From Octopus sinensis (Eukaryota): DNA of 31,261 nucleotides. The notes under the pieces were generated by a model. That model saw only the letters and a program-made list of their open reading frames with translations. It was not told where the DNA came from and ran no database searches. The stretch's first letter is position 1; each line of letters opens with the position of its first letter. Positions 10,381 to 22,126 of the stretch are shown piece after piece. A program made the position numbers and the translations under genes. The DNA is taken from assembly GCF_006345805.1 (NCBI RefSeq), contig NW_021832299.1, positions 1 through 31,261 of the forward strand, written 5' to 3'.

Positions 10381-10623
10381 TAATCTGAAATCCAGTCTAG
10401 AAGGGCATCAAGAAAATACAGCTAATTACATAGCTTTTATAGCTGGCTGCTTGTCTTTACGTCCATCCGCAGTTGATACCCTCCAGAGATGATCGCAATT
10501 TCGATGCGGAGCATTAAATAAAACCAATTCTTCCGAATAAATTTCTATTCTACATTCATATTGAACTCTCATTTGCTAAGATAAATTGGACTTACAGCAC
10601 CATACATATTCATTATATATATA

Positions 10624-10675
<52 letters not shown>

Positions 10676-10721
10676 GTGGAATTATATTGTATATATGTGA
10701 TTTGTATAAAATGAATATAAG

Positions 10722-10754
<33 letters not shown>

Positions 10755-10760
10755 ATATAG

Positions 10761-10792
<32 letters not shown>

Positions 10793-11152
10793 TCATATAC
10801 AAACATATATGCATGCATACATATATACATATATACATATATACATACATACACACAAATTACGTTTGGCTTCACAAACGGGAGACAGAGAGCTCTTTTA
10901 ATAAGGGAATTCCTCAGTCTGATAGAATAAGATGCCAACCTGTTAAATGAATGAAAAGATATGAAACGTGACATGTTCTTTCGTAGTAACAAAACAGGAA
11001 CCGAGAGATCCAGCAAGAATTTATTTTCGATAATTTCTCCACCGCTGAGCATTAATTTATGTACTTATATCTCTACAAGTATTTTTATTTTTAAATTATT
11101 CACATAAGAATACATATATCTATAGTATACATGCCCATATATATATATATAT

Positions 11153-11200
<48 letters not shown>

Positions 11201-11256
11201 GTATGTACATACACACAGTGAGTCAGATATAAATATATCTATATATATATATATAT

Positions 11257-11672
11257 GCCGCTACATCATTTGTGCGATGTGGAAAATATTATATCAATAT
11301 TGCACAAACGATGTTGGCATCAATTTTAAAATTCATCCAAGACTTAGCCCCATACTATCTGCCCACTACAAAAATCGAATAGAGGACACATAACAATATA
11401 ACATCGCAACTATTTTACCTCAACCGGTCCAGCTCTCTCAAATACCATACCAAAATACGTCAAAACGGAAACGGATCCCATAAAATTCAGATGTTCACGG
11501 GGTAACTTTCTTCAAAACGTCCCAGACAAACCTCCTACACCCGGCTCAACAATAATAAGTCATTACTCATTGCTAGAGTGGACCATATGACTAAAAGACT
11601 TCACCAGGTTGTGCTTTTAAGTTAGACATGGCCTGGGCCTATATTCGCCGAGAGCTATCACAGTTATCAAAG
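11257..11672 (+). mobile_element. 3' end of a CR1-like LINE (ORF2 C-terminus + 3' UTR)
   Basis: Translates, with a frameshift, as RYIICAMWKILYQYCTNDVGINFKIHPRL and NYFTSTGPALSNTIPK...NFLQNVPDKPPTPG...SLLEW*. This resembles CR1-clade ORF2 C-termini (ERY..WKI; GP.LFN.LP; FL..VPD.P). Short repeat-like tail. Confidence 0.75.
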
Positions 11673-11688
11673 TTATCTATCTTTCTAG

Positions 11689-11736
<48 letters not shown>

Positions 11737-11764
11737 GGAGAGAGAGAGTGTGGGAGAGAGAGAG

Positions 11765-11807
<43 letters not shown>

Positions 11808-12702
11808 GCTAGATAGATAGATATACTTGAAGCTAAAAGTAGGTAAAGAAAAAATGAAAAGGCAGTTAATATCATTAACTTAAATTGTAAATAAAATTGG
11901 ACGGAATCGCACGAAAAGTAATATATTTCATATAGTTTGGTGTCCGACCATAGCCGCAGTGATACGAAAATTAATTCTCAATGGCTGTCGAAGATAAAAG
12001 CGTGTAAAGTTTGACAATAAAGTCTAATATATATAGTCCCTGACATACGGCAGGCAATGAAGATAGAGGAGAATTACGAGATTTAACATACTGACAAATT
12101 GACTGTTTATGCGTTTGCGTTGCGAATTAAACAAGGGCAAAACATAAACTTGTTACCGTCTTAAGTCTTATAGCGTAAATGTCGACTGCATTAACATATG
12201 GTATTTTTCGGATAAACATATATGGCATTTTAATAATTGATCCTCGAAGGCCCAACGTAGAAAATTGATAGGCTGCGACTGACGATAGGACTATCTACTT
12301 GTCCTGAAGCTTCAAATTATAATGAGGCTTATGCTATTGGCTCGTACATGAATATCGCTTACAATAAGATCTTGAATGTAGATAGAGAATTCATTCCCTG
12401 TTCTTGGAATGATTTGTGTATAAGCAATATAGTTATAATTCTACAAATCGCATAATTTATAGGGAGAATTGAATATTAATAATAGTTGTGTGGGCATATA
12501 TTAATATATGATTATATGAGTACGTATATTTGAATGGGTATACGTACACTAAATGAAGTTGACATACATAGATATGCCATGAAATATATGTATACAGATA
12601 CATGCATATGTATATGTATATATGTGAGTATATGTATATGTGGAATTATATTGCATATATGTGTATAAATGTATAAAATCAATATAAGTATATATAGGAG
12701 TT

Positions 12703-12734
<32 letters not shown>

Positions 12735-12944
12735 ATATATATACTTACTATTTACTGTTTATTGTACTTTACTCATTTTTATAATACGTTATTTTTATAG
12801 TATATGTTTTCTATATGGTGTGAATAATATCTTCCTCTATTGAATTGTTTAATAGAGTTTTTCTCTAAATTATATACATATATATTATATATATTATACA
12901 TATACATAATACATATATATATACATATATATATACATATATAT

Positions 12945-12991
<47 letters not shown>

Positions 12992-13146
12992 ATATATATA
13001 TGTATAATAATACATATACATACTACATATATATATGTCCATTCACAGAATTGTATACGTGATTTCGCTTTAGTGTTACATCCTTCGTTATATACACACT
13101 CATACATACACACACATGCACATGTGTGTGAGAATATGTATATGTA

Positions 13147-13523
13147 CACTACCGTCAGAAATTAATTAGCACCCTTGAATTGCTCTTCACTCAAGGTATG
13201 TGCTGTCACCTAGTGGCCATATCTCGAACTATTGCTTTGTTGCGAGTTCACTGTTGCGCAGAACGATGACGTAACTTTTTGTTTGCAGAGCATTTGAGAG
13301 TCTACAGCCTTATGATGTTGACATAGCAGTGCAACAATTGGAGTGTGCGGATGCAGACAAATCTTCCTTGTTTAATAGATATAGGTAGCGCCTCGCAGGA
13401 CCGAAATCACACCATACTAAGTTTTCTCATCGCGTAAGACGTTTTCAACAGCTCATAGGTTAATTGATTTAACCTATTTAATGTAGAAATTTGAGAAGCG
13501 CTAATTAATTTCTGACGCAAGTG
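13147..13523. mobile_element. Tc1/mariner-type MITE, 377 bp
   Basis: 26 bp TIRs CACTACCGTCAGAAATTAATTAGCAC and reverse complement CACTTGCGTCAGAAATTAATTAGCGC (23/26 identical), flanked by TA at 13145-13146 and 13524-13525. Confidence 0.8.
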
Positions 13524-15639
13524 TATGTTTGTATGTATTATAATTACATTTTTTAATAATATGAATGAATGAAAGGGATATTTCTTATTTCGCATAGTTT
13601 TCTTTTAATATCTTTTTTAAAACGTTTTCTAAAATATTGTTCCTGGTATATAAAAAAAAAAACTAATGCGTTAGAATATATTTAGATTAAATTACATAAT
13701 AACATACAAATATATTTTATGACCGTTATATTAGCTTATTTTTCCTATTTCCCTTTTTTTGTTTTGGGATTTGGTTTTGTTTTTAATTATTGACGCCCAC
13801 GCTTGAAAACATAAATATACGTCAATTCAGTCTTCTCTTTGATCTGTGAATCCTCATATATCAAAAATTACACGGAAGGGATTATTACCTAAAAAAATGG
13901 TTTTTCATAATTTTATTTTGGGTAAGAATAGAAACAATTGTATGTAATTTGTATTTAATATTTATTATATTATATCATTTATAAGAATATAATATAATAT
14001 AATATAATATTATGTTAATAAATTTTAATTTTTGAATTGACAATTGAATATCTCCATTTTCTATTCATTTTCATAAATTTAATATATACTCATGTGATGT
14101 GTAATGTTTTTTCTCTACAAAATTGGGTATTTAAGAGTGGAGCCAGTGAAAGATTGGATGTCTTCCTCACTTTATATATGTGTGTGTGTGTGTGTATGTA
14201 TGTATATATATATATATGCATTATATATGTGTTTTTGTATGTATTTGTGTAAGTGTGAACATATGTTTTTTGTGAGTAAGAGATTATTGTCAGTATGCGT
14301 TTGTACGTATGTGTCTTGCTGTGTACACTTCTACATTTCTTTGCTTTACTTACAGCTCCAATAAAATATTAATAATCATGTATCTTCTGTGCGCCTGTAT
14401 GGATGTGTCTGCGTGCATGTTTGTATGTGTGTGTGTGTGTGTGTGTGCATGCGTTTGTATGTGTGTGTGTCGAAACCATAATTATTGTCTCCTACACTAT
14501 TTACACGGCTGATTATAGCACGGAAAAATGCTACTACGACGTCTGATCTGTAATGACCATATCCAATTATCCAAAATGTTGGATTCTTACAACTTCCTGC
14601 CTTGTTAAATATCATCTGATCTCATCTTGATCAAATATCTATAATATATATGTGTATCTGTGTATGTGAGAGTGAATGCGTTTTACGATGTCTAATATAT
14701 CTCATATTACGTTGTGCATTGTATGATTGTCTGATATGCTTATTGCTATCATGTGCACGAATATTCATAATATTTTTTCACCATCTCACAGAAAAATATT
14801 CTCAATCATTAAAGCGTAGTTTTCGCTATCAGATAGATAGCCGGAACAAATGAATTACTTCATTTATTGAACATGTTGTTGATGTTGTTATTGTTGTAGT
14901 TGTTAATTTTCATCTTCAGGCCAGTTCTAACTGAGCAGTCATGTCTATGATCAAAAGCGTCGAAAATATAACCACCTCTCCTCGCTTTCTTTTGATGTCT
15001 ACCTTTCTTTTTTTCGGTTTGCGTATATTCAAGATCATATAATTCTATATATCCTTCTTTGAGGCGATTTCGAATCAGTTGACGGAGATCTAGCTGGTTT
15101 TTATATACACCTAAAGAAAAACTGATTAGTAGCTCCCTCTTTGCATCTAAAAATGTATGTACATTTTTATTTAAAAAATCCAGTCTAATGAATGCAGTTT
15201 ACATTTGTGTCTCTTAATTTTACATCTCTGTTGTGCATGAGTAAATAGAACTTTTTTAATATCGATGCGAAAGAACCGAATGTCAAAGTAATTATATGAG
15301 AGATGGTACGATATACCGACCTTTCGAACAGTTGTCCTTCGTCAAGATAATCGTAAGGAGAAGAGAGATAACAAAATGTAAACTATACAATGTAGCAGCT
15401 AAAATTAAATATCTCAACTTCTCTGAACCTGAGTAAAGTGAGTAACTACTTTCCTGCAGAGTAAAGTTAATTTGTATTAAGCAGAATAAAACTGATATTA
15501 ATAAGGGAACGCGGAAAGGTACGCCTGAGTGTGTACGTGCAAAACATATATTTTTACGAGGAATAATTGATTACGTTTGGGACCAAAGTTATGTGCAAAT
15601 ATGTGTATAATAATGGTGGAACGTGGTAGCCTGGAAAAG

Positions 15640-16050
15640 GCTTGAAGCTGTTTAATTTGTATGACAAAGAGATCTTAGATTATTGTTGTCAGTGGGCGGT
15701 AAATTGAAGTTTAAGCGTGACTGGGTACATGAAGGGAATGGATATAGGGATCAAGTAGCAAGAGCATATTTATCTATATAAGTATGTGGTAGGTGTTTTG
15801 GATGAAAGTGAGAAGGTAATTTATACAAGCCAGAGTAAATGTGTTCAGGCAAAGAGAGCTGATGATTGAGCCAACATAAAGAATGAGATTCTAGAATATT
15901 GTATAATCCCACAGAGAAAACCAGGAGATGGTTGACCTGGATAATTAAAGTGACTTGATAAAAGGGATGATGCTACTGGGTCAGGTATGGGATGAATGCT
16001 CTCAGAAGCTTTGGACCAAGTTTTCTTGAATACAATAAGCCACATTTTTT
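15640..16050 (-). mobile_element. Possible highly decayed LINE RT fragment
   Basis: Only faint similarity to LINE RT motifs (SKA.E/D; LCLNTFTLACINYLL resembling LSPTLFLIFINDLL) across several frames. Confidence 0.25.
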
Positions 16051-16351
16051 TCTTTCCATGAAATGGTTGACATTTACGGATGTGCAACTGAGGAGGTCAA
16101 TTAGATGGAAAAAAGAACGTACCTCAGTACTTATCTTGTATTTAATTTAATCGCTTCAGAAATACCGAAAAACAAAAACTATTTTGGCTGGGATTGAACC
16201 CGAAACATGAATAGCCGGACTAAATACTGCAAAGTATTTTTTTTCAGAAGACTAACGATTCTTGCTTTTTTTTTACTTACAAAGAGATCGAATAAAACAA
16301 CAACAAATTGTTGGTTTTGTTTACCTTTTATTCTTTATTGTTTTACTAGTA

Positions 16352-16622
16352 AAAGTGCGTGGTTTAGTCGTTCGTGTATTCAACCTATGGTCGTGCGGTC
16401 CTGAGTTCGATTCGCGGCAGCGTGTTGTAACCTTGAGCACGATATTAATTTCAAGTTACTCCAGTACACTCATTTGACAACAATGAACTGTGCCTGTACT
16501 TCAAGGGGCCAGTACTGAATTTCTCAGAGAAGTACGTTAAGCTACTTGCACGTTAGTTTCGGGGGCAAGCTGTTTTGTTGATCGAATCAAATGCAGCCCT
16601 CGTCGTTGTATCCAACGTACTA
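16352..16622 (+). mobile_element. Degenerate tRNA-derived SINE
   Basis: A-box-like tggtttagtcg, B-box-like gagttcgattc, and an OR-like tail (tacgttaag...ttgatcgaatcaa...ccctcgtcgttgta). Confidence 0.65.
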
Positions 16623-17972
16623 TCATTCGTCTATTTGTTTTCTATTGATTTCGTTCATCAGAATGCCGTTATGCTGGAATGCAGGTGGATGACCTGAGAT
16701 AGATTCAGCTGCTATATCTAGGAAATGGATCGAGGGCGTAGTAACACCTTCGTTGGTGGGAAAATCAGATCAGGTGCATATAGATGAAATAAGCGATTTA
16801 ATTTCCTGCTGCTATGAAGTATCCAACATATGGCAATACTCCAAACGAATAATTTCTCATTTCCCGTTTTGTCTCAATGCAATTATTGAAAGGTATTTGT
16901 CAAACAGACCGTTAATGTTTAAAAACAATGACACGTTAACTGCCTGTCTGTATGCTCATTAATTATGTAACATATTTCGATAATCTGCCAAAGTAGGAAA
17001 CTTCTAATAAGCCTAGGGTGGGTAGTTTTCTCAATTTGAATCAAGTGCGGCGAGAGAATTTCATTGAGATCTCACATCAGTATTATCGCATTAATTCCAT
17101 GCCAAATAAATTGCATTTCCTAGTTTTCCAGGCGGTTTTCTTAATCATCTGCTGGATACTAATTAATTGTCTGGAAATGACTGTTACAGGAAACGATATT
17201 GTATAAATATATATATATATATAATTCATGCATATGTTAATATATTATATCTATCACTCAGTCTCTCTCTATCTATCTATATATATCATTCATAGATGAG
17301 ATCCAGATATCCAGATATTCTCCGTATAGAATACACTTAGTAGTGCTCAAGAGGTTTAAACTTGACCGGCTATAGAAGTAAATATAGAGATAAGCAAGTT
17401 ATACAGTAAAATGGAATGATTGAAACAGTCCATCTTTGAAATTCGTTCCTTTATTATCTCAAATGTAAGATCTCCCCCTTGAAGACGGAGTCTCCTCTCA
17501 CCCTATGATGGAATCAATCTACAAACACTATTATGGAACACCCAGCCCCTCAGAAACAGCTGTTGAACTTGTAATACTTTTCCCCAACTGTTTTAATTGT
17601 CTATCATTTGTACTTAGTGTATGCAAATATACAATTTTTATATTTCATGTGTTTAATTCACCTTATACATTGATCTGTTTAACTTGCTTATCCCTACATT
17701 CAATTATATATATAGAATAGGAAAGGTTTAGGCTACTGATGATCTAAACTAATATGTACATTTTTTGAGTGATATAATTGGTAAGCCACTAGGATCACAG
17801 TTCACAAAGGGGTCTGGAGTTGGGTATCTGTTGCATACTTCCAAGTGAACGGGTTTCAATTAAAGAAAGAGGAAAACAAAACCAACGCAGAACAAACTTA
17901 TCAGATCATTTAAGCTATTTTAATTATTATATTGGTGAATCGATGTAAGCAAAAGTAAAAGTAGATAATAAT

Positions 17973-18047
17973 GTCTTATAGCTGTTTCAAGGATATCTAA
18001 TGAGTTGATTCACATTTCAATAGACTGGATATTCTGTCATCGGAGAC
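17973..18047 (-). ncRNA. Degenerate type I hammerhead motif, second family (long stem II)
   Basis: Reverse complement (T)GTCT-CCGATGA-CAGAATATCC...AGATATCCTT-GAAA-CAGCTA-TA-AGAC(A). Perfect 5 bp stem I; U4>C; stem III one change away from palindromic ACAGCTGT. Confidence 0.6.
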
Positions 18048-18159
18048 AAGGTTTATGTATGAAGGAAACTTCTAGATAGCAAATTTTAACGTTGATGAAA
18101 ACTGAAAGAAGACCCTCGTATATGTATGTGTGTTTGTATATGTATGCGTTTTTGTGTTT

Positions 18160-18263
18160 GTGGCCTATCAGTGCTTCATAAGCAGTCTTGGTTCTTTTAC
18201 GTCCACGGAACTTAACGGTTCGGTCAAACAGACCGACAGGATAGGCACCAGGCTTGAAAAGAA

Positions 18264-18303
<40 letters not shown>

Positions 18304-18410
18304 AGACAAGAATATACGTGCATACGTACACCAGCCTTGGTTCTTTTACGTCCCCGGAGCTTAACGGTTCGGTCAAACAGATCGATGGAATAGGCACCAG
18401 GCTTGAAAAC
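18160..18410 (+). mobile_element. Two tandem SINE 3' fragments separated by (TA)n
   Basis: cttggttcttttacgtcc.cgga.cttaacggttcggtcaaacaga.cga..g.ataggcaccaggcttgaaaa occurs twice. Confidence 0.75.
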
Positions 18411-18415
18411 ATATA

Positions 18416-18484
<69 letters not shown>

Positions 18485-19060
18485 ATATATATATACACAG
18501 ACAGGAATGTACGTGCGTAAGTGCCTATGTATGTTTTTATGTATGCGTGTGTATGTATATATGCGATGTATGTGTGTCCGTCTCTCCAGCTTGAGCAGGT
18601 TGCATAGCAATAAATGTTTCACTTAATTCAAAACACGTGGTAGATTATACAGATATTATATATAATTTCATAAAACGAGAACCGTCACTAGCAAGCGTGT
18701 GCCGCATTGCTTTCGCTGATTGTTTCCGATAATTATGTATACGAGAACAATTTTAGACCCCGTGAAGTCATTTCCAATCTCGACTCAACGGAATTTCCCT
18801 GATGTAACAGCTGAAAAAAAGAGGGTAACGCTCTAACTTTGCTGGTACCATTAAATACTCCTATACATACATGTATGTTGCTGTACGCCTACTCACACGC
18901 ACTACACGCAAACGCACACCAACCAGCATACATACACAGAGAGACACATAAGATCACACACAAACACACACACATGTGTGTAGGTATATCTAAGTGACGG
19001 CGTGTGTATCGTTGGCGATTTTATTTCTCCGTCTTCCCTTCCTTGGACCTTTCCTTTGTC

Positions 19061-19100
19061 TATGTTTCTGACGAAGAGGTCCGCTCGAAACGTTGTATCC
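19061..19100 (+). ncRNA. Hammerhead core motif, third family; stem I decayed
   Basis: CTGACGA-A-GAG(GTCCG)CTC-GAAA-CG-TT. Core and 3 bp stem II present, palindromic ACGT stem III, no convincing stem I. Confidence 0.5.
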
Positions 19101-19252
19101 TCCTCTCTTTCCTTTCGTGAGCGTCCGATAACTTTATACTTGTTCCGTGTCCCCGCATTGTTGTTTTTTCTCTTTGTTCATGTTTGGATTAATCATACAC
19201 ACACGCACACACACATATATATATATACATGTATACATAGATGTATGCATAC

Positions 19253-19284
<32 letters not shown>

Positions 19285-19336
19285 TTATGTGTGTGTATAG
19301 ATATATATGTATATATATATATACATTACATCGCAT

Positions 19337-19445
19337 GATTACAGTATTTTGTTACGGAGTAATGCTTTCATTCTTCTATTAAAAATTCTGTAAGAAACAG
19401 CTGTAATGAGCTGACAATTATCCATTGTCTGCTATAATTCATTTG

Positions 19446-19487
<42 letters not shown>

Positions 19488-19577
19488 CAAATGAATAATA
19501 ACAGACAGCTGTTTCTTAAGCAAGTTTTTGATAGAAGAATAAGAACGTTACTCTATTACAAAAAAAATGTAATTATC
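19337..19577. repeat. Imperfect ~240 bp palindrome centred on (TA)n
   Basis: taagaaacagctgt / acagctgtttctta, attcatttgatt / aatcaaatgaat and attcttctat / atagaagaat are inverted pairs. Confidence 0.8.
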
Positions 19578-19880
19578 AGATGAAACGTAATATTACAAAC
19601 AAAAGAGTATCCCAGGAATCCAGCAAGGACGTGGCTGGAATCTGACGATGCTAAATACGGAGTGGGAGAATGTCCAACAAAGTTGGCCTTTGTGAGCATT
19701 AGCGGGTGGGATTAGTTTAAGAATAAAGTTTCTGAAAGGGTTAAATATGATATTTTACAAGTTATGTTAGTCGCCACATCAGTGTGGCTGTACCACGTTA
19801 CTACTACTTTAACCACAAGCAAATCTTCTGCGAGCTGATAATCGCTGCAGCACTGCACTCTGTACATACATATTCCTGGA

Positions 19881-20136
19881 GGAGGCACATGGCCTAGTGG
19901 TTAGAGCAGCGGATTCGCGGTCGAGGGATCGCGGGTTCGAATCTCAGACCCAGCGATGTGTGTGTTTATAAGCGAAACACCTAAGCTCCACGAGGCTCCG
20001 GCAGAAGATAATGGCGAACTTCTGCTGACGTTTTCGCCACAACTTTCTCTCACTCTTTCCTCCTGCATCTTGCAGCTCACCTGCGACGGACCGGCGTCCC
20101 GTCCAGGTGGGGAACTTACGCCAAGAAACCGGGAAA
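19881..20136 (+). mobile_element. tRNA-derived SINE with intact Pol III boxes
   Basis: A-box TGGCCTAGTGG (19890-19900) and B-box GGTTCGAATC (19934-19943); body related to 129-410. Confidence 0.85.
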
Positions 20137-20725
20137 AGAAGATACATATTACTAGCGGAAGAGTGAACACCTACTTTTCTCCAGCAGGCGAGACAAAATC
20201 ACGAAAGCGATTCCCTTTCGAGCTAGTTTACTGATCTTCAGTCGCTAACACCTGGTCTCAAAAGAGATGACCAGCGTCCGCTCCAACCAGCAATATATGG
20301 TAAACAGAGCGACCATCGGGCACATATTTGCAATAATCAAAGTAGTTAGTTGTCAAATCTATACCAGTTAAAATCCATCGTCATATCAATGTGGCCGTAC
20401 CATGTTACTTCTAGTTTAAGCCCAGGCAGATTTTCCGCCAGTTGGTTATCGGTGCAGGACTGCATCCTGTACGTGTATATTGGTAGCAGGGGAGTGAACC
20501 CCTACTATTCTCCAACAGACGACAGGATCGCGAGACTACTCTCATTTCCTTATTGGAGATTTTACAACTAGCTACATTCCTTATATACACACCACTCACA
20601 AAAACCATACATAAATATGTATATATACAGATTTTTATGCACATGTATATACATACATACATATATACAAACATATTTATAAGATATGACACACACATGT
20701 ACACACAAACACACATACACATATG

Positions 20726-20928
20726 TACTCTTTACTCTTTAGTCTTTTATTTGTTTCAGTCATTTAGTCGAGCAAATCGACCCCAGAACTTATTCTTTGT
20801 AAGCCTAGTACTTATTCTATCGGTCTATTTTGCCCAACCGCTAAGTTACGGTGACGTAAACACACCAGTATCGGTTGTCAAGCGAGGTTGGGGGCACAAA
20901 CACATCACACAACAACACATACACACAT

Positions 20929-20962
<34 letters not shown>

Positions 20963-21203
20963 ATATATATATATTTATTTTATAGAAGGAGCTTCTACGG
21001 GACTAGAACTGTTTCATTAAAAAAAACCCACTATATATATTATATACATATACGACGGGGTTCTTTCAGTTTTCGTCTACCAAATCCACTCACAATGCTT
21101 TGGTCGGCCCGAGGCTATATAGAAGACAATCACCCAAGATGACACGCAGTGGGACTGAACCCAGAACCATGTGGTTCGTAAGCAAGCTACTTACCACCAG
21201 CCA

Positions 21204-21206
<3 letters not shown>
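20726..21206 (-). mobile_element. Near full-length octopus-type SINE with internal microsatellite
   Basis: tRNA-like head at 21206, central (TA/CA)n, tail ...gactgaaacaaataaaagac; homologous to 8686, 7820, 2895 and 30945. Confidence 0.88.
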
Positions 21207-21250
<44 letters not shown>

Positions 21251-22031
21251 AGTATTAATGATTATTTGTTGGAACGGTCATTAGTGGTTTCAAAATCGTG
21301 CAATATATTCTTGGTCGTTCTAAATATAATATTCGCATTCATTTTCAGTCCTCAATTGTGTGTCATTATAATTAATGAAAAATCGCGTATTCTTCTGAAT
21401 TTATATTTCTTACTTTTATAGCGTTTTAGGAATAAAATTCTGCAACGAAAGAAGCAGTAGACCGTTTTATGTTCGAGGAATCGTAAGTTGAAGCTTTCCG
21501 TTTTCCTTTTCCTGTCTTTCTGTTTGTTTCTTGTAGACTAAATGTTTTTTTCTTCTTCAACACGACTACAAACGTCAAATATTATTCCGAAATACTCAAT
21601 GAGTTACTCTAATTCTACCCTTTTATAGAAATTGTGTAAATGTGCTTTCTTTAAGAACAAACAATAGAAGATAATTAGTAGCAACAGCTAAAAATTAGAT
21701 TAAGTAAAAGAAGAATGCTCGGCCAGTTTGATCGATATGGCGGATATTTTGACCTATGATTCTCTTACAAATCACACCTCTATTGGAAAAACAATCACGA
21801 AAAAGAAATCATATAGGATAATTTCGTCCAGATTGACCAGTTTTAGAAGAAAAAATATAAGACAGAATGGTCACGGTTAGAATGCTTTAGATTTTATAGC
21901 CGACTTGAGGGCAAACATTAAGATCAATATCATGATAAAAAACAAAGCATAAAATTTGGACGGAATCATAAAAACGTACATAGTGAAGAATTGCCAAATT
22001 AAATACAATGTAGTCAATACACACACACTCG

Positions 22032-22126
<95 letters not shown>

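Noticed and set aside
12261-12470. Stop-free frame KIDRLRLTIGLSTCPEASNYNEAY... as an exon
   Set aside because: Weak splice signals and no recognisable homology.
16086-16115. CTGAGGAGGTCA, same start as the family-1 HHR
   Set aside because: Stem II 3' arm and GAAA are absent; no flanking similarity.
16645-16665. Reverse-strand CTGATGA-AC-GAAA
   Set aside because: No room for stem II, and no U16.1 partner.
19881-19950. Functional tRNA gene
   Set aside because: A and B boxes are present, but it continues into a SINE body shared with 129-410, with no acceptor-stem closure or terminator.
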